Shown in pieces: positions 62,348-64,000 of a DNA stretch of 64,000 nucleotides. The translations under genes were made by a program, and so were the position numbers. Origin of the DNA: an uncultured Pseudomonadales bacterium (lineage in GTDB: Bacteria; Patescibacteriota; Microgenomatia; UBA1400; PJMF01). The notes under the pieces are model-generated. The model worked only from the letters and a program-made list of their open reading frames with translations, had not been told where the DNA came from and ran no database searches. The stretch is from assembly GCA_964406075.1 (NCBI GenBank), contig CAYOQI010000001.1:133015-197014 (forward strand). The letters run 5' to 3'. Positions within the stretch are counted from its first letter, which is position 1, and each line of letters begins with the position of its first letter.

Positions 62348-63127
62348 TTACTTTTTCTCCTTTTTGAATAATCTGACAGTTCCAAACAGCGCGAATGTCC
62401 AGATGGCAATTGATAGCGCCATCCAGATAAATGCCATATGTCCTGGATGCATCCATGGCGCGTATATCTCGGTGAACATCACCACATCATTGTGGTGACC
62501 TGGCATCGCATTGTCGGCGAGGTACTGGAGAGACAGAATCCCTCCTAGGCCGATGTACATAGCGACTGTGTTCACGATGAACATCCAGACTGGCGTTGAC
62601 AAACTAATATGTCGATTTGTTCGCGGAATTGGTATGTTCGGATGGATACCGATATAAATCAGAACCACAGCCGAAATGTAACCAGCAATTATGGTTGTGT
62701 TGTTCCCATTTTCGTCTGGCATTCCGTGACGCCATGTAAGGTATACAATAAACAAACCAAGAAGGAAAGGAATAACCTCTCCCCAACGAGTTCTGTTATT
62801 GACGTAAAACATCACGGCTGTCAGCAAGGTTGTTGCGAAATACCCAGCAGGGAGCGATAGAAAAGACCACCCGCCTGCAATCATCGCATAACCCGACCCA
62901 TCAGGCCGAACGACAAATTCTAAGACAGAGCCACCGGTCAACAATGTTAGGTACGAGTGCCCACTTTCGTGTATCACTGTACCTAATAAGTTGAAAGTAC
63001 GAAGATACGGGTCGAGCTGAACGGCATATTGCCGTGCTGCCCAAATCACTATCAAAGCTGGGATTAACGCCAATGGAACCAAATACCGAAATTTCAATCG
63101 CTTCTGAGCAATTACTGTAGAGGACAT
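62348..63127 (-). CDS. M50B-like membrane metallopeptidase
   Basis: 259 aa and polytopic. HESGH (HExxH), then LTLLTGGSVLEFVVRPDGSGY as in the Peptidase_M50B family. Confidence 0.7.
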   Translation of the reverse strand: MSSTVIAQKRLKFRYLVPLALIPALIVIWAARQYAVQLDPYLRTFNLLGTVIHESGHSYLTLLTGGSVLEFVVRPDGSGYAMIAGGWSFLSLPAGYFATTLLTAVMFYVNNRTRWGEVIPFLLGLFIVYLTWRHGMPDENGNNTTIIAGYISAVVLIYIGIHPNIPIPRTNRHISLSTPVWMFIVNTVAMYIGLGGILSLQYLADNAMPGHHNDVVMFTEIYAPWMHPGHMAFIWMALSIAIWTFALFGTVRLFKKEKK

Positions 63128-63390
63128 TTTATTTTTCTCCTTATTTGAACATAACCGCTAAGGAATCCACCCTTTTTTACCAAAAGATGAATTATTTAGC
63201 GGTTAACGCTCAGGAGATAAAGTAGTGCATGTTAAAGAACAATACAGCCATTTTTTGCTTCGTCTTGAAGAAAAAATGAATTGTAAGTGGTCGATTGTAT
63301 CAAGAAAACAGTAAAATATCAATACTATAGGACTTAATATCTCTTGGAGAAAAAAGTAGGCAGTTTTATGTCATGCCCAGGACTTTATAA

Positions 63391-63558
63391 CTAAAACGGA
63401 AAGTTTCGAAGGCCATTCCGCCAACAGTAGAAAAGTAAATGACAAAGTCCAGCCAGAACTGCGCTGGCTACAACGATGTGCAAATCTGGCTTTATGTAGG
63501 TTGCCGCTATGGCACCTCCGAAAAACAGAATCCCAAATTCTTTCCAGTTATATCTCAT
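63391..63558 (-). CDS. Candidate unannotated small membrane protein (55 aa)
   Basis: Below the track cutoff. AAGGGA lies 6 nt upstream of the ATG. Translation: MRYNWKEFGILFFGGAIAATYIKPDLHIVVASAVLAGLCHLLFYCWRNGLRNFPF. Confidence 0.35.
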   Translation of the reverse strand: MRYNWKEFGILFFGGAIAATYIKPDLHIVVASAVLAGLCHLLFYCWRNGLRNFPF

Positions 63559-63610
63559 TTCTTATCCCTTTTATTTACTCTTCGAACTGTGGAGGTATTT
63601 TACAACAAAT

Positions 63611-64000
63611 TTAATTTGTTTCTTCAAACTCACTAAACATTCTCTCTTTTTCAATTTGTTCCAAAGCAAAGCGAATATATGGAATTGTATTGTCAGGCAA
63701 ATTTTTTAATTCATACCATTCGATCCCCGAACATTTTTCTGGTTCAGTATTTTGAAGCTCACCTGACCATTTTTTAATCACAAAAAAATAATCAATTCGA
63801 TCTTCGTCACTTTTTGCTCGTCGCATGACGTGAATCGGTTCATGTTCGTGGTCAATGGTAACTCCAACTTCTTCTTGAATTTCACGCTTCATGGCTGACC
63901 AAATACTTTCACCTTTTTCTACATGTCCAGCAGGTACGGAGAAAAACCCATCCATATAGCCAGTATTGGCACGTTCAGACAGCAACACTTTTTCATCTAT
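63611..64000 (-). CDS. NUDIX hydrolase (5' end probably beyond the window)
   Basis: Nudix box GHVEKGESIWSAMKREIQEEVGV. The reading frame stays open from 63988 to base 64000 (IDEKVLLSE...). Confidence 0.8.
   Translation of the reverse strand: MDEKVLLSERANTGYMDGFFSVPAGHVEKGESIWSAMKREIQEEVGVTIDHEHEPIHVMRRAKSDEDRIDYFFVIKKWSGELQNTEPEKCSGIEWYELKNLPDNTIPYIRFALEQIEKERMFSEFEETN

Noticed and set aside
62062-62409. 115-aa and 66-aa minus-strand ORFs spanning the NHL gene start and the spacer.
   Set aside because: They are out of frame with the NHL signal peptide and run through the terminator hairpin of the M50B-like gene.
1-64000. Checked for CRISPR arrays, rRNA, additional tRNAs, transposase/integrase/reverse-transcriptase genes and recoded stop codons (UGA=Gly, as in some candidate phyla).
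   Set aside because: No regularly spaced direct repeats were seen. No rRNA-like or further cloverleaf sequences were found in the spacers I inspected. No such enzymes appear among the ORFs. Long conserved genes are intact under the standard code, and TGA terminates well-supported genes such as HIT and GIY-YIG 34981.

Overview
AT-rich, tightly packed bacterial window. Gene content and architecture suggest a Patescibacteria/CPR-type genome (inference only). Standard genetic code; TGA is used as a stop. No rRNA, CRISPR array, transposase or integrase seen. Layout: (a) 1-21699 is a single-strand, 17-gene cell-envelope glycan locus. It has four tandem ArnT/PMT-like GT-C paralogs (the first, 1-1362, is missing from the ORF track because it runs off the window), three or four further GT-C-type membrane proteins, six GT2/GT4 enzymes including two polyprenol-phosphate-sugar synthase-like genes, a Wzx-like flippase and an LCP ligase. 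(b) 21.7-39.5 kb is a DNA-repair neighbourhood. It holds HIT, a UvrD-type helicase fused to a Cas4/AddB-like nuclease, uvrC, uvrA, uvrB, aspS and recJ. It is interrupted by two small GIY-YIG nuclease genes tied to a family of long imperfect palindromic repeats (termini TGTCATCC...GGAATGACA), an orphan 516-aa protein with a possible caspase/CHAT-like His-Cys dyad, and a 724-bp non-coding gap. (c) 39.5-52.6 kb is housekeeping (cca, secDF, DUF3048, rdgB, M29 aminopeptidase) plus a 1142-aa two-TM orphan with a possible transglutaminase-like core. (d) tRNA-Glu(CUC) at 52829-52901 is followed by about 10 kb of individually transcribed orphan genes. These include an APH(4)/hygromycin-kinase-like phosphotransferase abutting a truncated ydeI-like gene, an NHL beta-propeller exoprotein and an M50B-like peptidase, so this looks like an accessory island. 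Sequence-level observations: a leader-peptide (Ile-Ile-Ile-Val) terminator/antiterminator element at 36895-37067; a recurrent -10 box-N6/7-ATG geometry without Shine-Dalgarno, suggesting leaderless mRNAs; GC-rich palindromes; and three consecutive hairpins in the tRNA-Glu leader. All family calls come from motif reading by eye. No searches or computations were run.
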